The notes below the pieces were generated by a model. It saw nothing but the letters and a program-made list of their open reading frames with translations, did no database searches and was not told where the DNA came from. Positions 25,626 through 37,864 of a stretch of DNA of 64,000 nt are shown here, piece by piece. Both the position numbers and the translations under genes were made by a program. This stretch comes from Lytechinus pictus (taxonomy: Eukaryota). Location of the stretch: positions 7,318,001-7,382,000 of the forward strand of contig NC_087250.1 in assembly GCF_037042905.1 (NCBI RefSeq). The letters are read 5' to 3'. How positions within the stretch are numbered: position 1 is the stretch's first letter; the number at the start of each line of letters is the position of its first letter.

Positions 25626-25704
25626 TTCATTTTCTTATTCCAATTACTGAAAAGTATCGGGCTTCAAAGATCATAATTATCATTTACCATCTAATAACCC
25701 ACAC

Positions 25705-25759
25705 CGGGCTGATGTCCCGGTGTAGTAGTAAAGGCATTGCCGTGTGATTGGAAGACAGC
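25705..25759 (-). pseudogene. Inverted paralogous copy of the 55-nt MS4A-like exon (orphan exon, or part of a paralog)
   Basis: Minus strand reads ctcccacag|GCTGTCTTCCAATCACACGGC...CCCG|gtgtgggttattag = AVFQSHGNAFTTTPGHQP; same length, phases and intron flanks as 15483-15537. Confidence 0.8.
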
Positions 25760-25789
25760 CTGTGGGAGAAAAGAAGAACATTATATTGT

Positions 25790-26810
25790 TCACTCAGAGG
25801 AATACTTTAAAAAATAGAATAAAATTATACTGGTGAAGGTTAGAGAAAAATCCATCAAAGATAATAATAATAGGTGGATTTAAGAAGCACTTTTTGCCAG
25901 AAGATACAAAGCGCTGATATAATTAGCCCGGCTTTAGCTCGAGCTACCATCACCGACGCTCAGTGCATGCAAGGAGTTACTCCTGCCGGGTACCCATTCA
26001 CCTCACATGGGTGGAGTGCAGCACAGTGTTGAAGAAAAACACGCTTATGGCTAGGATTCGAACCCACAACACTCTGTTTGAAAGGCGAGAGTCAGAACCA
26101 CTAGACCACGACCCGCCCACAGATCACGACGCGCCCACAAGATTAAGTGTCGTCATATCATACGAGCAGCTGCCCCCATATCTTATGTGTTTCAATATCT
26201 AATGGTTCATGATGAATAGCATTTTTTTTCAGTAGCGGGTGTGAAGTGATTTGTCTGCTGATATACTGAAGGTACAATAAAAAAAAACATGTTTTTAAAG
26301 AAAATTACATCTCATGGACTCTTTTTAATTCACGATAATGGAAAACTGCTCGCTTATGACGTCACAGATAAAAATAAACTACTTTTTTTCAGGAGCGGGT
26401 GTGAAGTGATTTGTCTGCTGATGTACTGAAGGTAAAATTAAAAAAAAAACATGTTTTTAAAGAAAAATACATGTCATGGACTCTTTTAATTCACGATAAT
26501 GGAAAACTGCTCGCTTATGACGTCACAGATAAAAATAAACTACTTTTTTTTCAGGAGCGGGTGTGAAGTGATTTGTCTGCTGATGTACTGAAGTTACAAT
26601 TAAAAAAATAACATGTTTTTAAAGAAAAATACATGTCATGGACTCTTTTTAATTCACGATAATGGAAAACTGCTCGCTTATGACGTCACATATAAAAATA
26701 AACTACTTATAACCTCTTAATTCTTTCCTGAAATTTCCTCAAACCTTCACCGATATTTTTTCATTCTGCTATTTTTACAATAATATGTTTGTCAGGGTGA
26801 ACTTTCCCTT
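25790..26810. mobile_element. Kolobok-like MITE (family D) with a SINE insertion (about 25862-26135, -) and an internal ~160-bp triplication
   Basis: Ends GGGTGAACTTTCCCT|TTAA; three tandem units at about 26223-26707; relatives at 43494-43979 and 46511-52722. Confidence 0.7.
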
Positions 26811-27206
26811 TAAGATCACACAGATAGCATCTTGCATTCATGTTTCAGGCAAGACACCAGTTTTCAATAGGGGCAATTGAAGACCCACGCCAGTTGATTT
26901 GTTATAGTTTCATCTAGTGTCATAACGCCACCTACGTTGAATATGTGAAGAACGGTCGTTTGCTACGTCGGCCTCGCCTTGGTTTAATAAAGGTGTTGAT
27001 TTTCACTACTAATGGGGGCGTCATACATATATGACTTCATATGATTTCGCAGTGTTACACTGCACTCTAAAAACGATGTCTATAATAATTTTAAGCACTT
27101 GTTTAAACCCGTCACGGTAACGACAAGTTGTTTGATCTTTCAAGCAATTGCTTAAACTGCTTTGAAATTGTTTTTACCCCTTTAAAACAACTTTTTCAAA
27201 ACTTAA

Positions 27207-27790
27207 AGGAGAATGAAACCCTTGAAACCAGCTGAATCCATATCAAAGAGAAAAATCAAAGAAACATATTGTTGAAAGTTTGAGGAAGATTGAATGAATA
27301 ATAAGAAAGTTATGAGCATTTGAATATTGAGATCACTAATGCCATGTAGATCCTCCTATTGGCAATGCGACCAAGATCTGTGATGTCACACACGTACAAC
27401 TCCCTCATTACTTAAGTACTTATTTCACTTATATTCTCACTTTTATAGAGTCTATCACAAGGTGAGGTGTTCTCTTTATGAGAGGACAAGTATAGAGGTT
27501 TCACAACATTATATCATTGATGAATCGTTTGTCATATGATTAGAATGAGCAAAAAGAGATGTTTTGGGGTATATTTTCAGTGTCCAAAAGGGGAGAGTTG
27601 TTCATCTGTGACATCATAGATCTTGGTCGCATTGCCAATGGGAGGATCTCCATAGCATTAGTGATCTCGACATTTAAATGCTCATAACTCTTCTATTGCT
27701 AGTCCTATTTTACTCAAACTTTTGTTGATCTTATTCTTTGATTTTTCTGCTTTCACAAAAGCTAACTTGCTCCAAGAGTTTCATTCTCCT
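27207..27790 (+). mobile_element. Kolobok-like MITE (family B), copy 3
   Basis: TTAA TSD; near-identical to 18054-18636. Confidence 0.9.
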
Positions 27791-28050
27791 TTAAAGCAGT
27801 ATTCATGACAGTTGTCAAGCAACGCGCTTAAAATGTTAGATAGCGTTTTTAAAGTACAAAGCCACTGTCCTGAATTTTCATGTTGCATCCAGGCTGGGGC
27901 GGCGCATCCCACCCCCTTATATTTTAAGAATTGAACCTTCATATTAATATGGCTAAATCCATGAAATTTGTCATCCTTTTCATTTTAAAATCTACGTCAT
28001 TCAAGCGCACTCTGATAATTTTGCAAACAGAAGTAAATAATGATGACACC

Positions 28051-28115
28051 CAGTGGCGTAACTACGGGGGGCATGGGGGGCACGTGCCCCCCCCCCCCCC
28101 CCCCAATCTGCTGAC

Positions 28116-28147
<32 letters not shown>

Positions 28148-29224
28148 GGGGAAAAGGAGAAAAAGAGGGAGAAAGGAAGAGAAACGGAATGAGAAAGAAT
28201 ACATTAATGTTCATTATGATATTATATTATATCATAATTATGTTATGTTATATTACATAAGAAACATTTTTTTTCATAACTTTACAAAACATAATTTGCT
28301 CAGGGCCTATGTCTTCATTGCTCCTGGTGCTCGCATTGTCTGTTTAACGAGATATATAATCCTGTCATACTAAAACCTCCCGTTTTTAAGTCAATATACA
28401 CAATACTGCCAAATATATTTCCTCGCACTTCGAGTTATTGTTTTATGTACAATAGTATGCTTTTTTTCATGACTACTTAAAGTGATTGCCCCATTTTAAG
28501 GTCTTAATATAAATATTTCCTGTCCGTGCTAACGTTCGCAGTAGTGGATTGGTGAAATATGTCTGCTCTCCATGACTTTCTAGAATCAGTCATTAAAATG
28601 CCCTTTTTTCTGATGTGAATATCAAAAATTTTCAGCTCGCGCTTCGCGCTCGCCATATTTGGTTAGTGAACTTATGGTCTTCGTGAATTCTTACAAACAA
28701 GCCTAAAAATGCCTCTCTTCAGGGCTGAATTTCCTACATTTTAGCTTGCGCTTCGCGCTCGCATGATTTGATTAGTGAGATGGGTATGTTAATCATGATT
28801 ACAAGTGCTTTATGTGCATGTTTAGATGTAATTCTAACAAAATCAGCAAGCGCTTATTGGCACTCGCAATCGATGACTATGGTGAGATGTGTATACTCCT
28901 AATGAATTAAAATCTTCCTGTTTGGGAGTCAATATTTACAAAAATTTCAGCTCGCGCTTCGCGCTCGCATTATTTAGCGAGACAGGTACGTATTATAACT
29001 ACAAAAGATTGATTGTAGTGTTCCTTTTTAGGTCTGAAGATCAAAAATTTTAAGCTCGCACTTCGCGCTCGCATTATTTGAGATACATATCCGTTTAATG
29101 GCACCCTCCTTAAAATGTCTATATTAGGTCAATATACCTGGCAATTGGGCGCGCTCACTAAGTGACTCAAAATTTTTGCTGGTGCCCCCCCCCCCCCAAT
29201 GCCGTTACCCACGGTACGCCACTG
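28051..29224. mobile_element. Non-autonomous hAT-like element
   Basis: TIR CAGTGGCGTA / TACGCCACTG; perfect 8-bp TSD ATGACACC; repeated internal GCTCGCGCTTCGCGCTCGC motif. Confidence 0.9.
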
Positions 29225-29329
29225 ATGACACCAATGAACTATAATAGTCATACTTTGCAGGAGCATCACGGGGAGATTTAAGTTAACATCTACGATCACA
29301 ACCTTTATATTCCAGTAGATCATACTTCA

Positions 29330-29590
29330 TAGTGTGTTCACAGTGTGCTCACAGTGTGTTCTGTGTGTTCATATTGCATTTAAAGTGTGTTCAAAGTGCG
29401 TTCACAGTATGCTCAAAGTGTGTTCAAAGTGTGTTCACAGTGTGCTAAATGTGTGTTCAAAGTATGTTCAAATTGTGTTCACAGTGCTGCAGTGTGCTCA
29501 TAGTGTGTTCAAAGTGTGTTCACACTGTGTTCACAGTGTGTTCAAAGTGTGTTCACAGTATGCTCAAAGTGTGTTCACAGTATGATCAAA
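29330..29590. repeat. 11-bp minisatellite (CACAGTGTGTT / CAAAGTGTGTT)
   Basis: Direct inspection; degenerate continuation at about 29980-30120. Confidence 0.85.
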
Positions 29591-29660
29591 GGAGGCGCGA
29601 TAGCTCAGTCGAGCGGGGGATTCAGATTCCGGTGACCCGGGTTCGATTCCTTGGTGCGCT
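29591..29660 (+). mobile_element. tRNA-like SINE head
   Basis: A box TAGCTCAGTCG and B box GGTTCGATTCC; followed by a TAGTCTGCTG element like 42967-43121. Confidence 0.65.
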
Positions 29661-29741
29661 AGTAGTCTGCTGTGCAAACCCTTCACTCGAGTAAAGGGTA
29701 TGAATTGCAGCCTACTCATGCCTTGTGTACGCCCTTGTGTA

Positions 29742-29927
29742 CTGGGCGTTGTGGCGTGCGCCTGTAATCCAAGCTGTGGGGAAGTTACAAATTGATGCAG
29801 AGGTTCGAGGTTCGAGCCCTGGTCACGTCTTTCGGATGGTGACGTTAAAGGTCGGTCCCAGACGTAAATAATCATATCTGATTGATACACGTCTGACAAA
29901 ACTCAAATACACACACACACACACACA
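29742..29927 (+). mobile_element. Candidate 7SL (SRP RNA Alu domain)-derived SINE with B box, Deu-like core and (CA)n tail
   Basis: Head CTGGGCGTTGTGGCGTGCGCCTGTAATCCAAGCTGTGGGGAAG; B box GGTTCGAGCCC; core GTCTTTCGGATGGTGACGTTAAAGGTCGGTCCC; second copy at 14583-14684. Confidence 0.75.
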
Positions 29928-30374
29928 GAGAAGGCCCTCTCACTAGTCCTTGCGTAGAGACACACTTGTTGATCAAAGTTTCAATCAAAGTTTCACACTG
30001 TTGACAATAAAACAGTGTAAGTGTTAACAGTGTGTTCACATGCATTGTCGGTATATGAGATTCACATTTGTTGATAAAACACACTTTGAAGATGATTTCC
30101 AAGTGTGAACACAGTGTGGATGCATTGTAGTACGCACTGTGTGGAAACCATGAACCCGTTTCATAAAGACTTGTTATATTAAAAAATGCGCAATTTCTAT
30201 AACAAATTAACGATCAGCCAATAAGATTGAAGGATTTCAGCAGCTTATAACTGTTATTGGAAATTTGTTATTATAAAAACTTTTGTGAAACAGACCCCAT
30301 GTTCTTTGATGCGCCATTTGATTAATGATTTATCAAGTTGAATTTTGTTCCTCACCGGCCATGCTATATAGTAT

Positions 30375-30775
30375 ATACAGTCACACTATAAAACGAAACC
30401 GACTCCAAACCGGCCGATTGTATATCATTAGAAATAACGTAATATATTTCCTCGGTCTTGAGCTGGTTTATTCGTTGTGAGTTTCGTATACCAAACCGAC
30501 TCCCTATCAACCGATGATATGCCATTAGAAATACGTAGTAGCTTTGATCGGTATGGAGTCGGTTTACCCGGTGTGAGTGTCGTATACCAAACCGACTCCC
30601 AGCCAACCGATGATATACCATAAGAAATAACGTAATATATATTTCCTCGGTCTGAAGTCGCTTTATCCGGTTTGAATGTCGTATACCAAACCGACTCCCA
30701 ATCAACCGAAGATATGCCATTATCCGTAATAGATTTACTCGGTCTCGAGTCGGTTTACCCGGCGTGGCTATAGCA
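30375..30775. repeat. About 95-bp minisatellite, ~4 units
   Basis: AAACCGACTCC recurs at about 30396, 30493, 30589 and 30688. Confidence 0.8.
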
Positions 30776-31661
30776 CTCAAAATGGGTAACGGAGGAGAAA
30801 TAGGCTGTAAGGTATGTCTCAAAGTGGTAGGCCTGAATGTAACGATACCACTGATATTAAGGATACAGCGATTGATAATAAAGAAAAAAAATCCATATCT
30901 TATATTTTGGAATAGAAATCTTAAATAGAAATATTCTGAAAAGATCACGTTGCCCAATATTGATCGTAGGCCCGGCAGAGATTTATTTTTTCCGTCAGTA
31001 CTTCTGTACCCAACGCAAGAGGGCAATATACCGTACCCGTAACTTTTTCGTGAATATGTCCTTCTTCAAGTGCTGGTTCAAGATGATGACGATAAACGCA
31101 CTGTTTGTGTCTGGAAGTATATGGGGATAATAATAATAATAATAGTCAGTTGTTGTATAGCTCATAACACATTGTGAATAACGTCTCTATGCGCAGATGC
31201 GCTTCCAAAGGACTTGGATATTATTACCCCGGCTGTAGATCAAGCAGCTAGCTTCCAGCGCTCGGCATTTCAAGGGATAAATTCCTGCCAGGTACCCATT
31301 CACCTCACCTGGGTTGAGTGCAGCACAGTGTAATAGTGTTTATTGCAGTGCCAGATGGACGTTGCTCGTGGGGTTTTATTATTTGGAGAGATTAATGATA
31401 AAACTATTAATATCACCGAAGTTTGTGTATGTTATATAAAGGACTGGCCAGGGGCAACACCTAGGTCGGTATTTTGATTGGGGTCAAAGACGGTCAAGAT
31501 TTGTTTTACTCATTTGAAATAAAGGGGTAATGCAGGGTAAAATTTATTCTACCTAGATCTCTTTTTCAGTGCTCCTTCGTTTTTCGTCCTCTATAATTAT
31601 TTTCTTTTCCTCCTCTTTGTTTTTTCTCGCCCATACAACCATGTGGCGTCGTCCCTGGAAG

Positions 31662-32087
31662 CAATGTTTCCACTTTGAAGGAAATTTCCCGAATTCCGAT
31701 AAATCCGGATCATTTTCTTGTAATTTTCGAGAAATTAGAAAATTTCGGGAAATCAGACAATTACCATGAAACTCCAATCAAACGTAGCAACTTTGAATAT
31801 TCATGTTATATTTAAAGAATTGTTTGCCTCATACGTAGCTCAAAAATTTTCCGCTCGCGCTCCACGTTCGCTTTTAGTAATAAGTTTGTTGCTATTTTCA
31901 AAAAGTGCATTAAACAAAAATAGGTTAGATTCCTTGATTTTGCTCACTTGGACCAAGTTCAGGCTGGCTTTTTTTATTGTCCGATTTTTGTTAACAATAA
32001 AATTGGAAAATTCCGGGAAATGTCTATGAATTTCAAGAAATTTTAGATTCAGTTTCGGGAAATTTGTTTTTTATGTGTGGAAACCTG
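31662..32087. mobile_element. hAT-like MITE
   Basis: 8-bp TSD CCTGGAAG; TIR CAATGTTTCCAC / GTGGAAACCTG. Confidence 0.8.
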
Positions 32088-32194
32088 CCTGGAAGTATTA
32101 TAAAACATTTCGATACAGTTTCCTTATCTTCCTTTGTCTCTGTTTCCTAGGGCTGTTAAACTGTTGTTGGTTTAGGAATTTTATCAGGAATTCT

Positions 32195-32467
32195 GGGCCC
32201 CGTCTTACAAAGAGTTACGTTTGATCCGATCAATCGTAACTCTATGAAAATCCATCAATGTCATAATTTTTTCTACGAAAAATTTGCAAAATATCCTTTG
32301 TATGCAAAAAGAAGCACAGTGAATTTTCAAGAAAACAATGAATGCATGAATATACATAATAGCTAGAAAATGCTTTGAACAAAGTATGTATAATAGATGT
32401 TGATGTTGATGGCCGTCTATAGTTGTGATTGATCGGATCAATCGTAACGCTTTGTAAGACGGGGCCC
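32195..32467. mobile_element. Harbinger-like MITE
   Basis: TIR GGGCCCCGTCTTACAAAG. Confidence 0.85.
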
Positions 32468-33629
32468 TGAAGTAGATATGGAGTTAGATTTAGATTTAGA
32501 TTTTATTCATTTCCGTTCAACAAAATGCAATCAAAGTAACAGTACATATTCGAAATATCACAAGCATTTCAGTGATAGTACATAAAAATTGAGGTAAAAC
32601 TAACCTGAAGTGAACTGCAATAATTTTGGCTCTGTAGAGGTAAATGACACAGAACTTGCCAAGAAAAGCCAAGCTCGTATGAAAGATAACGAAACACTAT
32701 TTTGCCACACAAAAATATTAATTGTTTTTTTTCAATTAATGTGAGTGGAAACACACTCTGGAAAATCTTTATTTTATATTGTGTATGGTTTAACAATATG
32801 TATATTTGTTTGTTGATACCGACAACCATTTGCTATTTTCCTCACTTTTTTTTCATTTGATCTTTCTTTTCGTCTTTTTTAATGTATTTTTTCCTCAATC
32901 ACTTCTTACTTTTCTCGCTTTTCTACTGATTACCGAAACCATTCTTTCAAAGAGTTGTGATGAATTAGAATCACACTCAAATCGAGATAAATATTTTTCA
33001 TCTTTGATCTATGAATTTAGATCAATCTCAATTGAATTTGATATATTCACCATTTTATCTCCATGATGTTGATCCGTTCTGTAGCTTTTATGTCAAACAA
33101 TCAAAACTAACCGTTTTTGCCACAGGTAGGCTATTCTTACTTTATTCCATAAGAAAATAGTAGTCATGCTATATTTTCTTTCATTTTATCTTTGAATATT
33201 TGTTTCTTTCTTTTCTCTCTCTTTCTCTTTAATCTCGTATCTTACGTCAATTACATGTCTTGTTAATCTTTCTATAGCGGTGGTGTTAATGAGCCAAACA
33301 TTTTGAAGGGGCTAGATATGGCATATCGCATAAAATTTATTAAAAAAAAAGTTGCGAGCGAGCGAAGAGAGCGTGCAAAATGTTTGATATTTTTATTACA
33401 AAAATCCAATTTTGTGACAGGTTTTGACATAAACTTCAGTAAATAATATAATTTTCACCATTATCTCTTTCCTTTACAACCCTTTTTATTCTTGGCCGTG
33501 TTTTTTTTTTGGGGGGGGGAAACCTACCCATCCCCCCCCCCCCCCTCTGTACGCCATTGGTCTAGCGTCTATTTCGTGAATTCTTCATTCGCCTACTATA
33601 CGCGTTAAACCGAGAGAGTGCGCAACTCC

Positions 33630-36600
33630 TAGAGGTGCCATGAGCCTAATTACATCAGGACGGCTAAAGATATTCGTTCGACCCAACCCATTCGAATTTT
33701 TTCAATTTGATATTGCTGATTGACAAACTCCCGAACTTCCTTTGCCCAAATTGGGAAGATATATCAATGATTTGGAAATATTTTTTTATCTAGCGGAAGA
33801 ATTGGGGCTATTTTACTGTTTCAGTTGATGAATATGATCCCATCATGGCTACACGGGCCTATTAACATTGGGAAAGCAATATAGGCCTATATTCATTCGA
33901 GCCAACCCATTGCTATTTTTTTTATTTTGATATGGCTGATTGACAAATTGTATGCATATGATTGTCCATCTAACACTGATTCTATTTTTGGTAATGACTG
34001 AACTTCCTTTTCCCAAATTGGGAAGAAATATCACCAATTTTGGACTATATTTTGACTGGCGGAAGGATTAGGGCTATTTTGCTGTTTGAGGTGATGAATC
34101 TGCTCCCCCCCGACGGTGTCTTCAAACACGCCAATTTATTTTTAAAATGAGCCGGTCGAGGGACCCTTTTCTGGTCAGATATGGATTGCCAGATATATAT
34201 CCTATCCACTGGTAGTAAACATTCGACCCCCGAATTTCATCCTTATTTTTTATGAATTTTTTAAAGTGCCAATTTAACACACGAGTCTATGGGGAATGAA
34301 TTAGGCCTGTGATACCTGTAATCCAAAATAGGGGAAAATCTCAGTTTTCAGTAAGTCGATGAAATATGTACTAAAACTTGTCAAAAATACTTAATTTTCA
34401 CTAAATATCCACATTTCAATCATCAGGAGATGCAGTAAAGTGGGAGAATTGGGCTAAGCAGGCAGTAAGCAGGTAAGTAACTGATCCATCTATCCATTCA
34501 TCCAGTTTCACCCCCCCCCCCCCTCTCTCTCTCTCTCTCACCCCATCCCCTCTTTCTATACAATATGATATTGTAGAGAAAGAGGGGATGGGGTGAGAGA
34601 GAGGGGGGGTATATATTAATATTTAATACTCTCTCTCTCTCTCTCTCTCATATTTCTTCCTCATTCTCTCTCCATATTAATATAATGCACATTAACTGCA
34701 AAAGAAAATACAAATGTTTAAAGCATGCATACAGTACACATTGGTTTATTGTTTTCTTATCATTCATTTGCAAATTATTTAAGTATGATGAAGGACATTG
34801 CCTTGAGTCCTCTAGCACCCAGTTATGATCAGAAATTGTACATCTTTATACCTCCATGTTGCTAAGTATATCTGCTTGTACATTGCATTCATTTATGGGG
34901 ATACAGTAAGGATTGTGTAAAACACATATAAACATGTACATTTATGGGCTCCATTAAATGAGTCATTACCAAATACATTGGAATTATTGGTGCAATTTTT
35001 TGTTATAATGTGAGTATGGAGGTGTAAAGGAATAGCAAGGAGGCTGAAATAATAAAAAAGAAATACAAGTGAGATATTACAGGCTACACGGGCCTATTAA
35101 CATTGGGAAAGCAAGAGATATTCATTCGAGCCAACCCATTGCTATTTTTTTTATTTTGATATGGCTGATTGACAAATTGTATGCATATGATTGTCCATCT
35201 ATTAAACACTGATTCTATTTTTGGTAATGACTGAACTTCCTTTTCCCAAATTGGGAAGAAATATCACCAATTTTGGATTAGGGCTATTTTGCTGTTTGAG
35301 GTGATGAATCTGCTCCCCCCGACGGTGTCTTCAAACACGCCAATTTATTTTTAAAATCAGCCGGTCGAGGGACCCTTTTCTGGTCAGATATGGATTGCCA
35401 GATATATATCCTATCCACTGGTAGTAAACATTCGACCTCCGAATTTCATCCTTATTTTTTATGAATTTTTTAAAGTGCCAATTCAACACACGAGTCTATG
35501 TGGAATGAATTAGGCCTGTGATACATCATAGTTATCTTCATAAATGGCGATTTATTTTTAAAATAGGGTGGCTACGATACCCTTCTCTGGTCAGATATGG
35601 AATGTCAGATATATATCCTATCCAAAAGTAGTAAAACAAATTCGACCCTCTAATTTCACATTTATTTTTTTTGAATTTTTCTTAAGTGCCATTTTAACAC
35701 ACAAGTCTATGGGGAATGTTTTACGCGCGTGACACCTAGAAGTAATACAGGCAAATTCTCTATAGTGGATGGAATACCTGCCCAAACTCCTCAATAGCAA
35801 ACCTTTTCTAACTGATATCAATATTTTTAGTCATCAAGTGGTGCAAAAAATGGATTTAATGGCTTAGCAAGGCTATATATCAGGTGAAGTTAGTAGGTAT
35901 GTGTATGTAAGCCTAGGAATGCAAATAGACTGGTCAATGAGAGTCTAGGCCTCTTTATGTTCTGATTCATCATTGGTTTTTGCTAGTGTATGATCACCTA
36001 CTTAATGTAAGAAAGACCTTTACAAATTGCTCATGTTAAAATCGTTCTTTGGAATGAGGTAGAGAGGAGATAGAGATTTGTGAACTTTACTGAAGAAAAT
36101 AACTAGAGTGGTACCTTCAATAAGGTATTTATAAAAAGGCACAGAGCAAGGTAAGGTATCTAATAGTGCTCAACTAAGGAGGGAGGGGGGCAGGTGGCTG
36201 TGTACTCCAATCTTAGTCTAGCCCCCCCCCCCTCTTTATAAGCCATGCCATCTATTAACTTATCTTTCTTTCTTTCTTTCTCTCTCTCTCTCCCTTTCTC
36301 TCTCTCTCTTTCTATCTATTTATGTATCTCTTCCTTCTTACATCTGATAGGCAATAGCCCTAGGAAGATTTTGATATAATAGGTCAAATGCAAATGTACT
36401 AAAGTAATATGTTCTCTGTCTCTTATTGTTTCCTCATTCAATCTCATGTATATCTGGTAATTATGTCTGGGGCAGTTCTAGTATCCTGATATCTACACAA
36501 AATTTACATACACCTTTATATTACAAGGAGAATAGGGGCCTATATAATTGTCATTGCATTCACTGTTGGGCTATAGGCAGGTAGGATATGTAGACATCCA

Positions 36601-37192
36601 TATAGTGAATATAACATGTATGAGTAACACATTAAAATGGGTCATTGCATAGAAAATAGGCATTTTCAATGCATTTCTTTGTGCTAGTGCGAGTGTACAG
36701 ATATAAAAGAATAGCAAAGTAGCTATTAAAAAAAAATTCTTAGGTCATATAATATAGGTGCCATGAGCCTAATTACATCAGGATGGCTAAAGATATTCGT
36801 TCGACCCAACCCATTCGAATTTTTTCAATTTGATATTGCTGATTGACAAAAGTGTATGAATATGATTCCTACTGAACTTCCTTTGCCCAAATTGGAAAGA
36901 TATATCAATGATTTGGATCTATTTTTTGACTGGCGGAAGAGTTGGGGCTATTTTACTGTTTCAGTTGATGAATATGATCCCATCATAGTTATCTTCATAA
37001 ATGGCGATTTATTTTTAAAATGAGCTGGCTACGATACCCTTCTCTGGTCAGATATGGAATGTCAGATATATATCCTATCCAAAAGTAGTAAACATTCGAC
37101 CCTCCAATTTCACATTTATTTTTTTTTAATTTTTGTTAAGTGCCATTTTAACACACAAGTCTATGGGGAATGTTTTACGCGCGTGACACCTA
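33630..37192 (+). repeat. Composite array of same-orientation ~440-bp MITE units with related spacers
   Basis: Units at 33630-33845 (partial), 33846-34320, 35080-35525, 35526-35740 (partial) and 36756-37192. Confidence 0.8.
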
Positions 37193-37864
37193 GAATCTGT
37201 TGGCAACAGAAAACAGAGCCTCTGTTGACGCTATCAGTCAGCTTGGCGCGAATAGTTGATGACTTCCGCGACTTGTTGACTTCTGAATTCAGTAATTCCC
37301 ATAGATTTTGTAGAGGATCCACTCGATTCCTGCAAGCAAAGGGTTAATGTCAAATAACGCAGATACCAGAACTAGTACCTCATAAACGTTGTTTAAAGTC
37401 TTCATCTTACATCTCAATGATCTAATCTTGTGTGGAATCCATTTTACTGTATTCATGGGCATTATTCAATGCAATGTTAAGCTGGAAATATGATAATATC
37501 CTATGGATTGTATGTTAAACTTTATCACAAAATTATATCTTTTTATTAAAATGGCCACAAGTTTTGCTCGCTCCCTTTTTTGAAATATCGCCCCCTCGAA
37601 GATTTTGGCTCGCTATGCTACTGTTGTTGTTCATACATTATTTGGGTCTACATATGGGGCAAAATCCATATATCGTTCACATGGAAACGAAATCTAAAAC
37701 ATCAAATGTATTCTCATTCGTTTCCCCTTTTATATCGCCTTCTATTCACATATCTTTCTCTAGCCCCCACCCCCTAAATTCTTCTCAATACATTCCTCAC
37801 ACCCTCTCCAAAGCGCTCATGGACCCGCCACCGACCCTCTTACTCTTTTGTCTGACTAATTAAC

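Noticed and set aside
29742..29927. Functional 7SL RNA gene or human Alu contamination
   Set aside because: No S domain and no Alu body or poly-A; nested in host-type repeats and has a second local copy
30364..31026. 220-aa minus-strand ORF
   Set aside because: Non-ATG start, runs through a minisatellite, no recognisable domain
31040..31110. Minus-strand exon candidate for the MS4A paralog
   Set aside because: Plausible splice signals but no similarity to the MS4A exons
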